Source of the DNA: Coleofasciculaceae cyanobacterium RL_1_1 | GTDB lineage: Bacteria > Cyanobacteriota > Cyanobacteriia > Cyanobacteriales > Geitlerinemataceae | Direction: 5' to 3' | DNA length: 29,275 bases | Assembly (NCBI GenBank): GCA_012033105.1 | Contig: JAAUPN010000024.1 | Location: 1-29,275, forward strand | Part shown: positions 1 to 10,611 of the stretch, piece by piece | How the letters are laid out: each line of letters starts with the position of its first letter | Position numbering within the stretch: the first letter of the stretch is position 1 | Program-made: the position numbers and the translations under genes | Notes under the pieces: generated by a model | What the model saw: the letters and a program-made list of their open reading frames with translations, nothing else | What the model was told of the DNA's origin: nothing | The model's database searches: none

Positions 1-122
1 GAAAGTATCGCTGATTCGTCGCTCAAACGGATTGGTGTTGAGTCACGGCAGCTAAAGCTGCGCGGGGCGTTTTTCCTCCCTGCACTGAAGTAGCAGGGTT
101 TCCAAACTACCGAGATTTTCCC

Positions 123-1032
123 ATGACTTTAACTGCGAATCTCACGGCGGCTTTACCCACCTTTTTGATCACGTTACGCGAAGGCTTTGAGGCGGCGTTG
201 GTGGTGGGAATTGTTCTGTCGTGTCTCCAAAAAGCTCAGGCGTTGCGGCTTAAACGTTGGGTCTTGGCGGGGGTGGTCTCTGGGGTGGGGGCGAGTGTGG
301 CGATCGGGGTTATCCTGTACGGCAGCTTGGCGGCGATCGAGGCGAGCGATCGCCCGGAGATGGCGATCGTCAAACCAGCCTTGGAAGCAAGCTTTTCCCT
401 GTTTGCGATCGCGATGTTGAGCTGGATGCTGGTTTGGATGACGCGGCAGGCGCGATCGCTCAAAACCGAAATTACCGGAGCGGTTACGTCCGCGCTGACG
501 GACGCGACGGCGGGTGGTTGGGGTATCTTTTGGCTGGTGATGATTGCGGTGTTGCGCGAGGGGATTTGAAACGGTGCTGTTTGTGACGGCGCAGTTTTCC
601 CAGGGGTGGCAGCCGATCGCAGGGGCGATCGCGGGATTATCTGGGGCAACGTTGCTCGGGGTGATGCTGTTGGCCTGGGGCGTGCGGATTGATATTCGCC
701 AATTTTTTCAGGTGATGGGTGTGATTTTGCTCGTGGTGGTTGCGGGTTTGGTCGTGTCGGCGCTGAAGAATGTCAATCTGGCGATCGAGCTAGCGGGATC
801 GGTTTATCCGCAGTGGTCAAGCTGGTGCAATCCCGAGGCGGATTCCTGTGTATTGGGGATGCAGCTTTGGGATTTATCGGCAATTTTGCCCGATCGCGCG
901 TTTCCAGGTTTGTTGCTGAAATTGCTCTTGGGCTACCGCGATCATTTCTATGAACTCCAGGCGATCGGCTACTTGCTTTTTCTCAGCACGATCGGCGGCC
1001 TCTACTTCCAATACCTTAAGCCCCGCCCCTAG
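123..1032 (+). CDS. FTR1/EfeU-family high-affinity iron permease, split by an apparent +/-1 frameshift near 545-570 (ORFs 123..569 and 544..1032)
   Basis: The N-terminus is polytopic and hydrophobic with the motif LREGFEAALVVG. A second REG.(F)ETVLFV motif appears exactly where the first ORF stops and the second frame begins. Two RExxE motifs are the hallmark of FTR1/EfeU permeases. Confidence 0.7.
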
Positions 1033-1085
1033 CCCACACCATGACCCTCAATCCGTAATCATCACCCCGCAAACCCCGAGCAATA

Positions 1086-1639
1086 CTACCGCGCTCGATA
1101 TTTGATCCGCAGTGCATCTAGCTCCTGCTTCAGCTCCTCCGTTTTGTCATAAATGTAAGCCTCGAACTCCTGCGGCCATTTCACCTCAGTCAGTGCCGCG
1201 ACGTGATCCGGCATGTAGGGTGCATCCGATCGCGTGCAGTACATCCCCCAAATCGTCGCCGAGGTCATGTATTCGATGAATTCTGGTGGATAGTCCGACC
1301 CTTCGATGAGGTGAGCTTTCGTTTTGAGAATGGCGATCGCTCATCGTTTTGGCGCTTGAATAAATCGATCACCTCCGCATTCACCTCCGATAATTTCCCC
1401 TCAAGCCACAGGGGATAGAGCTGCGAATTTAGCTTGAGTGATGCGTAAAGCGGGCCGTAAAACTCCTCAAGTTGGCGTTGGCGATAGGCCAGATCCGCTT
1501 CGGTCAACAAGCGCTCTTTGTGTAACACCTTCTGTAGACCCGTTTCGATGATTTTTTCTGAGGAAAATTTAAAAATCCCTGACAGACCCAGCCCACCCGC
1601 GAGAATAATGCCGATTAATTGAATGGGGTCCATAGCCAA
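1086..1639 (-). CDS. hypothetical protein with one N-terminal TM helix; reading frame broken near 1265-1330 (ORFs 1265..1639 and 1086..1268)
   Basis: Two adjacent minus-strand ORFs lie in different frames. The first begins MAMDPIQLIGIILAGGLGLSGIF, which is a TM helix. The second continues without its own plausible N-terminus. The junction lies at a HIP1 site. Confidence 0.4.
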
Positions 1640-1787
1640 TCAGACAAGAAAGATCAATATCTGAGATGATCCCATAGACCGGGAATCCCAGGCCAAAATC
1701 ATCCGGTAAAACGCCAAGGCGAAACTCAAGACCCAACCTTCAAGCCAAAACCACAGACCCAATCGGATCAAGGCTCACCCGGATGTC

Positions 1788-1905
1788 ATACGAAATCCGG
1801 TTCTATATGAGAAAAATACAAAATACTTATGAGCACTGAGCGGAGTCGAAGTGCGGTGTCCACCTAGAGCGACGATCTAAGATTATGCACAATCGGATTT
1901 CGTAT
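1788..1905. repeat. 118-bp unit bounded by a 12-bp perfect inverted repeat (atacgaaatccg / cggatttcgtat) enclosing repeat copy A
   Basis: The inverted repeat can be read directly. It lies in the intergenic region upstream of ureD. Confidence 0.4.
1831..1857 (+). repeat. structured short repeat copy A (gagcactGAGCGGAGTCGAagtgcggt)
   Basis: It shares the GAGCGGAGTCGA core with four other loci. The 5-bp stem is gcact/agtgc. Confidence 0.6.
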
Positions 1906-1984
1906 CATACCCTCGAATTCCGAATATGCCACGGATCAACCCCTTGCATTGTTCCGGATTTCCCGCTATTTCTTCATCTTCCTT

Positions 1985-2938
1985 ATGACCGACTCCCAAA
2001 GCTGGCACGGCACGCTTGAACTGCACTACCGTCCGGGCGACGCCGCCCAACACGATCGCACCCGCCTCCTCCGATCGCGCTCGACTGCACCCTTCAAAGT
2101 CCAGCGATCGTTTTATCCCGAAGCCAGCGGCATTTGTCACACCGTCGCCCTCCACACCGCAGGCGGCATCGTCGGCGGCGATCGCCTCAGCCAACACATT
2201 CACTTAGAGCCCGATGCTCAAGTCCTAATCTCCACGCCTGCTGCGACCAAGGTGTACGGCAGCCGGGGACGATCGCGGCGATCGCCAGACGGGATCAAAG
2301 CCGGTCAAGCGGTCTCGATTCGTCTCGAACCGGGAGCCTATCTCGAATGGCTCCCCCAGGAAACGATCGTCTTTGATGGCGCGGTGTTTCAGCAAGATGT
2401 ACGGGTCGAACTGGCGGCGGGGGCAACCTGGTGCGGCTGGGATATTGTGCGGTTTGGGCGAACGGCGCGGGGTGAAGGGTTTGCGCGGGGAACCTGGCGA
2501 TCGCGAACCGAGGTGTATCGCGACGGCTTACCACTGTGGATCGATCAGCAAGTGCTGGATCTCAGCGCCGATCAAACCCGCACAGATCAGGATGAACAGC
2601 ACAGCGACAAGCCCGAACGCGAAGCTCGCGCCAACCATGACACCTGGCAGAGCTACCACGGCTTAAACCAGATGCCCGTAGTCGGAACCTTGATCTGGAT
2701 GGGTACGCCGATCGACCCCAATTCCAGCGCAGACTTAATCAGCGCAGCACGATCGGCATGGCAAGATCTTGATCCCGGCGATGGTTCCGAAGCCGGGGTC
2801 AGTACCACGATCGATGGAATCATCTGCCGTTACCGTGGTCGTTCGACGAGCAAAGTGCGACACTGGTTTACGTCCGTCTGGCATCTGCTGCGTACCACCC
2901 AACGCGGCCAAACGGCACACTATCCGCGCATTTGGTAA
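1985..2938 (+). CDS. ureD: urease accessory protein UreD
   Basis: The motifs [30 protein letters not shown] and ...[10 protein letters not shown] match the conserved UreD N-terminal core. The start is probably the internal Met (MTDSQSWHG). Confidence 0.85.
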   Translation: MTDSQSWHGTLELHYRPGDAAQHDRTRLLRSRSTAPFKVQRSFYPEASGICHTVALHTAGGIVGGDRLSQHIHLEPDAQVLISTPAATKVYGSRGRSRRSPDGIKAGQAVSIRLEPGAYLEWLPQETIVFDGAVFQQDVRVELAAGATWCGWDIVRFGRTARGEGFARGTWRSRTEVYRDGLPLWIDQQVLDLSADQTRTDQDEQHSDKPEREARANHDTWQSYHGLNQMPVVGTLIWMGTPIDPNSSADLISAARSAWQDLDPGDGSEAGVSTTIDGIICRYRGRSTSKVRHWFTSVWHLLRTTQRGQTAHYPRIW

Positions 2939-2952
2939 CTTCCCCACCGGCC

Positions 2953-3255
2953 ATGCAACTTTCCCCCCAAGAAAAAGACAAGCTGCTGATTTTTACCGCT
3001 GCCCTGGTTGCAGAACGGCGGCTCGATAAAGGCTTAAAGCTCAATTATCCCGAAGCGATGGCCTACATCTCGGCTGGCATTTTAGAAGGCGCACGCGAAG
3101 GCAAGAGTGTTGCAGAACTCATGGAGTACGGCACGACGCTCTTGGGTCGCGATCGGGTCATGGACGGCATCGCCGAGATGATCCACGAAGTTCAAGTCGA
3201 AGCCACCTTTCCCGATGGTACAAAACTCGTCACCGTCCACGATCCCATTCGCTAA
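2953..3255 (+). CDS. ureA: urease gamma subunit UreA (100 aa)
   Basis: [23 protein letters not shown]...[24 protein letters not shown] is the canonical UreA sequence. The length is typical. Confidence 0.9.
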   Translation: MQLSPQEKDKLLIFTAALVAERRLDKGLKLNYPEAMAYISAGILEGAREGKSVAELMEYGTTLLGRDRVMDGIAEMIHEVQVEATFPDGTKLVTVHDPIR

Positions 3256-3272
3256 TCGCCTGTTTCTGAGCG

Positions 3273-3325
3273 AAAAAAACACCTCGGTTGAGTGACGAAT
3301 ACATCATCAAAACCGAGGTGTTTTT
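3273..3325. terminator. bidirectional intrinsic terminator between convergent ureA and prk
   Basis: A perfect 11-bp stem (acacctcggtt / aaccgaggtgt) has an A-run on the left flank and a T-run on the right flank. It lies exactly between the ureA stop and the prk stop. Confidence 0.6.
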
Positions 3326-3388
3326 CATGGCTTGATCGCAGGTTGTAAGCCGCGACGTGTGCAGCATCACACGCTATAGCACGATCGT

Positions 3389-4393
3389 TTAGACGCTCAC
3401 GGCAACCTTTTTGCTTTTCGCGGTCAGGCGGTTGAAGGTGGTGCGCATCTTGAGGCCGACAATCATTTGGAACAGACCCGTGCCGTCATTTGCACCGGGA
3501 TAGTCCTTGTGTTTCAGCAGCAAGTGAGCCAATTCGCCGTGGTATTTCGCCGAGGTGTTGCTCAGGTGGCTCTCAACGTAGATCATTTCTTCGAGGTTGT
3601 CGAATTTACCATCGACTTCCACGATCGAGACATCGTGACCGTAGTAGCTATCGGGACCCGAGAACAGGCGAATACCGGGGTAAGAACAGGTCAACTTGCG
3701 ACCGCACGGCGTCCAATGAATCGTCGAACCCTCATCAAAGAGATACACCGGCTCCAGACCTTCCACGTCATTGCGTTGGATGAGACGAACGCGCAGCGTT
3801 TTATGCTCCTTATCGTCATCCAGCAGCTTCGTCGGCAAAATTTGGACGACCACATCTGCATGTTGCTTTTGCGGGTCGATGTAGGCTTCAAAGTCCGGGC
3901 GACGCGCTTCGATCGAGGCAAGAACGTCTTCATAGGTGTGACCCCGTTCAGCCATATCGCGTTGGATTTTCCAAGCGATTTTAACTTCGTCGCTGATATC
4001 GAGGTAGACACTAAAGTCGAGCAGTCCGCGCACACGCTCGTCATAAATCGGGTGTAGACCTTCGATGACAACGATGTGGTTCGGATCAATACGCTCCGGA
4101 GGATCGAGTTCGCCAGTCTCGTGGTTATAGATAGGCTTCATGATGGAGTTGCCTTCCTTCAGCGATTTGATCTGTTCGTACATCAGATCAAAGTTGTTCG
4201 CCTTCGGATCAAGGGCGGTGACACCTGCGGCTTTGCGTCCTTTCCGATCGAGGCTGTGGTAGTCATCTAGACAGATGATGGTTACCATTTCCTCGCCAAA
4301 CAGATCGAACAGTCGGCGTAAGAACGTCGATTTACCGCATCCGGAGTCTCCGGCAACGCCAATAAGAACCACGCGATCTGGCTTCGTGCTCAT
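3389..4393 (-). CDS. prk: phosphoribulokinase
   Basis: A P-loop GVAGDSGCGKSTF is followed by the cyanobacterial PRK sequence (DDYHSLDR, NHIVVIEGLHP, two Cys in the N-terminal region). The 334-aa length is typical. Confidence 0.9.
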   Translation of the reverse strand: MSTKPDRVVLIGVAGDSGCGKSTFLRRLFDLFGEEMVTIICLDDYHSLDRKGRKAAGVTALDPKANNFDLMYEQIKSLKEGNSIMKPIYNHETGELDPPERIDPNHIVVIEGLHPIYDERVRGLLDFSVYLDISDEVKIAWKIQRDMAERGHTYEDVLASIEARRPDFEAYIDPQKQHADVVVQILPTKLLDDDKEHKTLRVRLIQRNDVEGLEPVYLFDEGSTIHWTPCGRKLTCSYPGIRLFSGPDSYYGHDVSIVEVDGKFDNLEEMIYVESHLSNTSAKYHGELAHLLLKHKDYPGANDGTGLFQMIVGLKMRTTFNRLTAKSKKVAVSV

Positions 4394-5100
4394 GTTGTTC
4401 CTCTAAAACGATTTTTTTGTCTACTAGCAACTCAATTCGAGCAAGCTGAACTCAACCTCTTGGGATGCTGCCCTAGAGTTCGCGATCTTGTCAGGGATAC
4501 GCTCAGTACTCAGTACTCGGAAGTATTTATTCCGCATTAGTCGCCTCTGACCGGCTCCGTGGAGTGGCAGGTGTGCGACCCGATCGATGTGGTCTGATCG
4601 CAGTCAATCTAAATTACATCGACCGTACTATACGTTGGCTTGTCTGTTAAGCGTTTAGTCTTAAGTGTGCGATAAATTCTACCAAAAGGGGATCGACGCT
4701 ACAAGGGTAGAAAAGCGAGAAAAAAGACATCGATCAGCCTCGGAATCTGACAGCACAATTTGGGCGATTGATACCTACGATCTTTTCTTTCCCGTCCACG
4801 TCCCCCAAAGTGGACATAATTGTGTGTCGATCCATTCATTCCCATTCTGTAATCACAGTAACAAAAACGTTGACAAAAGCAATATCTTTGGTGTGGTAGT
4901 GTCGTCTGATGAAAGCGTGTCCTCGTAAAGCGCTCTGCGATTTCAGTCCGTATTTCGTGGCGATACTGTGGGTCTTTAGCCCTACGCTCTGCCTTGATCG
5001 CGCTTGATCGCGGCTCGCCTTGACGGCGGCATGGCGCTTCCATGACCCTGTTTTATGACTTATACCGACGACCATCACGCACCTAGCTCAATGACGTACT
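4394..5100. promoter_or_regulatory. about 700-bp divergent promoter/leader region between prk (-) and the LysR regulator (+)
   Basis: No convincing ORF is present. It contains a GAGGAACAAC Shine-Dalgarno sequence ahead of the prk ATG and a short tcagtac x2 direct repeat. Confidence 0.4.
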
Positions 5101-6099
5101 ATGTCTGACCTTCCGTTTACGTTAGATCAGCTCCGGATTCTGAAGGCGATCGCATCGGAAGGGAGCTTTAAGCGTGCTGCCGACAGCCTCTACGTGTCAC
5201 AACCAGCGGTTAGCTTGCAGGTACAAAACCTCGAACGCCAGCTTGATGTGCCGCTGTTTGATCGGGGTGGACGGCGAGCGCAACTGACCGAAGCGGGTCA
5301 CTTACTCCTGAGCTACGGGGAGAAGGTGCTAACCCTTTGTCAGGAAACCTGTAGAGCGCTCGAAGATTTACAAAATTTACAAGGGGGTACGCTGATTGTG
5401 GGCGCGTCCCAAACGACGGGAACCTATCTGCTGCCTCGCATGATCGGTGTATTTCGCCAGCTTTACCCGGATGTGGCGGTGCAGCTTCACGTGCATTCAA
5501 CGCGGCGCACGTCCTGGAGTGTGGCGAATGGCCAAGTGGATTTGGCGATCGTCGGTGGCGAAATGCCATCGGATTTGCAGGAATCACTAGCGGTCGTCCC
5601 CTATGCCAAGGATGAGTTAGCGCTCATCCTGCCGGTATCTCATCCGCTGGTGAAGGCGGAGGTGATCGAAAAAGAGGATTTGTACAATCTCCAGTTCATC
5701 ACCCTTGATGCTCAATCGACGATTCGTAAGGTGATCGATCAGGTGCTGTCTCGTAGCGGCATCGACACGACGCGGTTGATGTTTGAGATGGAGTTGAATT
5801 CGATCGAGGCGATCAAAAATGCGGTGCAGGCCGGTTTGGGGGCGGCGTTTGTCTCGGTTTCGGCGATCGAGAAGGAGCTAGAGATGGGCGTGCTGCACCA
5901 TGCCAAGGTGGATGGAATTGTGGTGACGCGGACGCTCAACGCGATTTATAACCCGAATCGCTATCGATCGAAGGCAGCGGATGCGTTCATTCACGAAGTG
6001 CTACCAGAGTTTGCAACGGAAGAAATCGATCCGGAATCGAGTTTATTTCGCCATAGCTCTAGCAGTAAGCGATCGGCGCGAAAATTAAAGCGACCCTAA
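5101..6099 (+). CDS. rbcR: LysR-type transcriptional regulator of the CbbR/RbcR (Ycf30) family
   Basis: The N-terminal [45 protein letters not shown] is the strongly conserved RbcR/Ycf30-type signature. A LysR substrate-binding domain follows. The gene is divergent from the Calvin-cycle gene prk. Confidence 0.65.
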   Translation: MSDLPFTLDQLRILKAIASEGSFKRAADSLYVSQPAVSLQVQNLERQLDVPLFDRGGRRAQLTEAGHLLLSYGEKVLTLCQETCRALEDLQNLQGGTLIVGASQTTGTYLLPRMIGVFRQLYPDVAVQLHVHSTRRTSWSVANGQVDLAIVGGEMPSDLQESLAVVPYAKDELALILPVSHPLVKAEVIEKEDLYNLQFITLDAQSTIRKVIDQVLSRSGIDTTRLMFEMELNSIEAIKNAVQAGLGAAFVSVSAIEKELEMGVLHHAKVDGIVVTRTLNAIYNPNRYRSKAADAFIHEVLPEFATEEIDPESSLFRHSSSSKRSARKLKRP

Positions 6100-6251
6100 C
6101 CACCACCTCGCTACAAAGCTTGGCGGATCTTCACTGTTGCTCTGTGATGTTCACTAATGTTTATGAACATTCACGGACATCGGCGAGTTTGCTAAGGTTG
6201 GATCGAGAGACGTGATGCGTGTCTTCTGCTGGCAAAAACAACGCTATATAA

Positions 6252-8512
6252 GTGAGGTTTGGATCGATGTTGTATTGGTTTACGCTCCTACAAACCCTGC
6301 TGGCGTTGCTGCCCGGATCATTGCCGATCGCCGGCCTTTCCCGATCGCCCCAGGACACCGTCCATCAATCCCTCCCCGCTGAGTTGCGGACGACACCGAA
6401 TCGCAGTCACCCGCACAACTCGATCGCCGTCACCTCGATCGCAACCACGGAACCCACAAATACAAAGACCCAATTTGCTCCACAGCTAGAACTCAAACTT
6501 GCCCAAATCGGAGCCACAGCGATTCTGAGCAGTACAGCGATCGGCATTGTGGGGATCATCGTCCTACTGCTCATTAGCTTTTGGGCTTATACCCGCGTCT
6601 ACCAAATCACGCCGAATAACGAAGCCTTTGTGCGTACCGGTGGCTTTCTCGCCAAGAAAAACACCGTCATTCTCTACGGTGGCTGCATCGTGCTGCCCGG
6701 TTTCCACGAGCTAACCCGCGTGCCGATGCGTGAGATCACGATCGACGTAGAACGCACCGGTAACCTCGCCGTCCGCACCCAAGACTATCTCCGCGCCAAC
6801 ATGCGCGTTACATTTTACGTCTGCGTGAATCACGACGAACAGGACGTAAAAACCGCAGCGGCTCGCCTTTCCAAAGATGGCAGCATTTCCCCCGCGCACA
6901 TCAAAGAAGCCCTGGAGAAACGCGCCGATGACGCGATTCGTGCCGCCGCAAAACGCAAAACCTTAGCGGAAATTGACTCAGATAAGTTAGGTTTTGCTGA
7001 CGAAGTTTTAAATCTAATTCAGCAGGATTTAAAAAAGGTTGGATTGACGCTCAACAATATTGCAATTTCAGAAATTGAAGAGAGCGACACCTACGACACC
7101 AATAACTTTTTTGATGCTCAAGGCGTGAAGCTGCGAACCGAAACAATTCAGAAAGCGATTCAGCAAAAAGAAGAGGTCGAGCTGACCACCGAGCAGGAAC
7201 GGCGGGATTTCCAACTGACGACACAGCTCAAAATTAAACAGCAGGAAATCGAAGCACGAAAAAAAGCGCTAGAACTCGAACAAGATGAAGAAGATGCTCA
7301 ACTCCAGCAACAGCTAGAAGTTGAAGCGTTACGAGCGCAACGAGTCCGCGAAATTCAAGACGCGAAGGACACGGAAGCGGCGAACCAAGAACGTACGAAG
7401 ATTTTGCAGCAGCAGTCGATCGAGGAGGAACAGATCCGCAAACAGCTAGCGGTACAGGAAAGCGAAATTGCAGCCGAGATCGCCCTTGAGGAGCAGAAAA
7501 AGAACTTAAAAATTGCTCAATCCACCCAGAAGCAAGAGGCGGAAATGGCGGAAATTGCCTATCAGCAGCAGGTGATGGAGTCGCAGATCGCCTCGGATAT
7601 CGCCCTCGAAGAGCAACAGAAAAAATTCAACGTCGCGAAGACGAAGCAGCAGCAGGAAGCTGAAGTTGCAGAAATTCAGCGCAAGCAAACGATCGAGGCC
7701 AACCAGATGGCGGCAGCGGCAAAGGTCGCCGAGGCACGGCAGTTATCGGAAGTGGCGAAACAGGCGGCGGAAATTGCGATCGCGGAGAAAGAGCAGGAAC
7801 GGCTAGTCGCGGAAGCACTACGGGCGCGGGCGGAAGCAGCGGTGATGACGGCGACGGCCTTGGAGCAGGCGGAACGGGAACAGCAGTTGGTGGCGATCGA
7901 GGCGGAACGAGAGGCGGCGAAACAACGAATCGCCGATAATACGTCGTGGAAATCGAAGTGTTCCGGCGGCGTCGCCAAGCGGAAAGCGCTCGACAGGCTG
8001 CCGATCTCGAAGCGGAATCCATCCGCACGTTAGCCGATGCCAATCGTGAGAAAGCCCTGGCGGAAGCGGAGGCAGAAGAGGCCAAAATCCGAGCGGGAAA
8101 TGCGATCAACACGGCAAACCTGGCGGCAGAGTTGATCCGCGAGATTGCACCGCAGTTGGTCAAAGAGTTACCGGCGATCCTGAAGGCGCTCGCCCCTCAG
8201 CCCGGAGTGTTGGGCGATGCCAAGATTTACTCGTTTCCAAGCGGTGCGGGCAGTGCGGATGAGATTGGCAAGTTGATGTTATCGACGAGCGGCATGACGG
8301 TGTTGAATTCGCTTTTGGAAGAGGGTCAGATTGTGCAGTGGATCGACACGGCGATCGGGGCGTTGCGTGCGAGCGGGACGGAGATTCCGGCATCGCTGGA
8401 GACGCTAGCAACGAAGGTGCAAGCATCGACGGGATCAACTCGATCGACAGGCGATCGAGCGATCGTCACGCCGCCACCGGCATCATCCGAAGCCACGGGC
8501 GATCTCGGTTAA
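6252..8512 (+). CDS. flotillin-like SPFH/band-7 membrane protein with a long E/A/Q-rich coiled coil; apparent frameshift near 7935-7950 (ORFs 6252..8033 and 7946..8512)
   Basis: A TM helix is followed by an SPFH core and then 250+ aa of EA/Q-rich heptad repeats. The C-terminal segment AEAEEAKIRAGNAINTANLAAELIREIAPQLVKELPAIL is typical of flotillin/YqiK proteins, and it continues in another frame. Confidence 0.75.
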
Positions 8513-8557
8513 CCACAAATCTAAAGTGCAAATCTAGAACAACCGAGGTGAATACGG

Positions 8558-9570
8558 GTGAATTCTGCCTTTCCCGTCACCCATTCCATTCTGTCGGTTC
8601 CGGCGCTGCTGGCGAAAATCGCGGTGGACTACGCGATCGGCCCGCCGATCGACGGCCATTTACTTCAGCTTGGTCTGAACGATACGTTTCGGCTACGGAC
8701 ACCGGCGATCGTCTACATCGCGCGAGTCTATCGCCACGGCTGGCGCACCCGCGCCGAAATCCTCTACGAGTTGGAGGCATTGCGACACCTACAGGCGCGA
8801 GGGATGAAGGTGGCCGCGCCGATTTTGCGTCGGGATGGCGAGCTGATCGGCGAGCTGGATGCGCCGGAGGGGGTGCGTTATCTCGTGTTATTTGACTATG
8901 CCGAGGGTGAGGAGCCGTGTTATGACGCAGAGACTGGCGCGGCTCAGTCGGGTGATCGTCGATCGGATGTGTATCTGTATGGTCGATCGGTCGCGCAGGT
9001 ACATCGGGCAAGTGATGATTTTGCCTGCGATCAACCACGTTTTACGCTGGATTTAGATTATTTACTGACCCATTCACTATCTAAAATTCAGCCGTTTTTA
9101 TCGAATCATGCGGCGGTTTGGGATGAGTTAGTGAGTTTGACAACACGTTTGCGCCAAAAGCTGAAAAACTGGCCGATCGAGCATTTAGAAACGGGGTTTT
9201 GTCACGGGGATTTCAAGGTGGGAATGCTCATATTCAGCCCGCAGATCGATCGCTGACGTTGTTTGATTTTGACTGTTGCGGTCGAGGGTGGCGGGCGTAC
9301 GATTTGGCGGTGTTTCGCTGGAATGTGGCAGTGAATGGTCTGCCGCTGCGGGTGTGGGAGGCGTTTTTGGCGGGGTATCGGGCGGAACGGGCGATCGCGG
9401 CGATCAATCTGGCGGCGATTCCGTACTTTGTGGCGGTGCGTCAGGTGTGGATTATGGGGTTACACTGCGGGAATAGTGGAGATTGGGGAGTGGGTTGGTT
9501 GAATGGGCGATATTTCGCGCGATCGTTGAATTTTTTGCGAACTTGGGAAACGAATGAATTCCCCTCGTAG
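8558..9570 (+). CDS. aminoglycoside phosphotransferase (APH)/kinase-like fold family protein; frameshift near 9215-9225
   Basis: The catalytic HGDF motif sits at the end of ORF 8558..9256. The expected continuation GGNAHIQ...LTLFDFDCCGRGWRAYDLA, which contains the DFD/DxD motif, is in the overlapping ORF 9199..9570. Start codon is GTG with GAGGTG upstream. Confidence 0.6.
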
Positions 9571-9591
9571 GGTGGGCAATGCCCACCCTAC
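9567..9591. terminator. perfect 11-bp stem-loop (gtagggtgggc aat gcccaccctac) overlapping the APH stop codon
   Basis: The inverted repeat can be read directly. No U-tract follows, so it may be a processing or stability hairpin rather than a classic terminator. Confidence 0.4.
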
Positions 9592-9603
9592 TCAGAGCAT
9601 ACT

Positions 9604-9632
9604 GAGAGCGTTGAGCGGAGTCGAAACGCGGT
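9604..9632 (+). repeat. structured short repeat copy B (gagagcgttGAGCGGAGTCGAaacgcggt)
   Basis: The core is the same. The stem is gcgtt/aacgc, which compensates for the change relative to copy A. Confidence 0.6.
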
Positions 9633-9740
9633 TCCGGGGAAAGCAAAATAGAGTCAGGATATTCCGTTTTTTATTGCTATATCCGCTGACTGTATATGCG
9701 TGATGGTGGGCAATGTCCGAAAATTGTGGATGAATACGAA

Positions 9741-9772
9741 TTGATCGCCCTACAACTTGATCGCCCTACAAC
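9741..9772. repeat. perfect 16-bp tandem duplication (ttgatcgccctacaac x2) spanning the DUF218 gene stop codon
   Basis: It can be read directly. Confidence 0.5.
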
Positions 9773-10491
9773 CAACCTCGCGCCCGATAAATAATCGCGC
9801 CGATGTATTCCTTCAGCGCCTTCGTCGTCATCATCAGATTTTCCGCATCCGGGATCACGCTCAAAATCGCACCCGCACCCGTGCTGCGTGACGCTTCAAA
9901 AAAATCATCCGCCACTAAAAAATCCGTCGGTGCTGCGATCGCCTCGATCCCCTGCTTGCGAAAAATCGCCATCGATCGCGGCATATGAAACGCCGACGTG
10001 ACCAGCAACACCTGCTTAATCCCCTCTCGATCGAGCATTGCCTTCACATTGCGGGCGTTTTCGTAGGTATTAAACGAGTCCGGCTCCTCCAAAATGGCCG
10101 ATCGCGGCACACCCATCGGCTCCATCAACTCCGCCATATCCGCCGCCTCCGACCCTTCCCCGCCGCGCCAGCGAATCCGCCCGCCCGACAGCACCACGAT
10201 CGGCGCTTTGCCCTCGCGATACAGTTTCGCCGCATACAACACCCGATCGCCCGCCTCCGACACCTCCACCCACGGGCGCGGTGGCTCCGGCGATCGCGTC
10301 GCCCCACCCAGCACCACGATCGCCTCCGCCTGTGGTAGCTCGGTCGGGAGATATTGGCGTTCGAGCGATCGGATCGCCGTCGCTGCCACCCAGCCATTAC
10401 CCGCAAAAATCAGCAGCATCAGCGCCGTTAACGTGACGCTTGCCGCTGCTCGCGGGTAGCGCCAAACCAAGATCAGCGCCGCAATCAGCAA
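9766..10491 (-). CDS. DUF218 (YdcF/ElyC/SanA-like) family protein
   Basis: An N-terminal TM helix is followed by the conserved IVVLGG..R..EA..LYREG.AP.IVLSGG...EA..M core typical of DUF218. Confidence 0.7.
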   Translation of the reverse strand: MLIAALILVWRYPRAAASVTLTALMLLIFAGNGWVAATAIRSLERQYLPTELPQAEAIVVLGGATRSPEPPRPWVEVSEAGDRVLYAAKLYREGKAPIVVLSGGRIRWRGGEGSEAADMAELMEPMGVPRSAILEEPDSFNTYENARNVKAMLDREGIKQVLLVTSAFHMPRSMAIFRKQGIEAIAAPTDFLVADDFFEASRSTGAGAILSVIPDAENLMMTTKALKEYIGAIIYRARGWL

Positions 10492-10611
10492 CAGACAGGT
10501 CAGACCGAGCGGGTAGACAACAACGGTAAAAGCTTGGACAGGAACAGAAACATGATGGCGGTTAACGCTAGGCTAAACGGTGTTGATGATTGTGGTCTAA
10601 ATTAGGTCGGT

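Noticed and set aside
187-649. ORFs 187..420 (+), 257..586 (+) and 236..649 (-) overlapping the FTR1 gene
   Set aside because: These are Arg/Gly/Pro-rich alternate-frame ORFs of the kind that high-GC coding DNA produces. They have no motifs and overlap a well-supported gene.
1883-2947. ORFs 1883..2203 (-), 2016..2207 (+), 2134..2376 (+), 2295..2534 (-), 2373..2666 (+) and 2735..2947 (-) inside ureD
   Set aside because: These are out-of-frame or antisense to a confidently identified ureD and have low-complexity composition.
3467-4270. Plus-strand ORFs 3467..4057 and 3490..3783, minus-strand ORF 3691..4089, and ORF 4076..4270, all within prk
   Set aside because: These are antisense or alternate-frame ORFs within phosphoribulokinase. 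I treat them as spurious.
4665-5078. ORFs 4665..4928 (+), 4699..5043 (-) and 4836..5078 (-) in the prk/LysR intergenic region
   Set aside because: They have no recognisable motifs, overlap each other, and lie in a leader or promoter region. I left them uncalled.
7506-8438. Antisense ORFs 7506..7688, 7627..8163, 7676..7978 and 8160..8438 opposite the flotillin gene
   Set aside because: They mirror the E/A/Q-rich repeat region, where antisense of GCN-rich codons stays open. They are low complexity.
8160-9056. ORFs 8338..8895 (+), 8577..9038 (-) and 8859..9056 (+) overlapping the flotillin C-terminus and the APH-like gene
   Set aside because: These are Arg/Gly/Asp-rich alternate-frame ORFs. 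I treat them as spurious.
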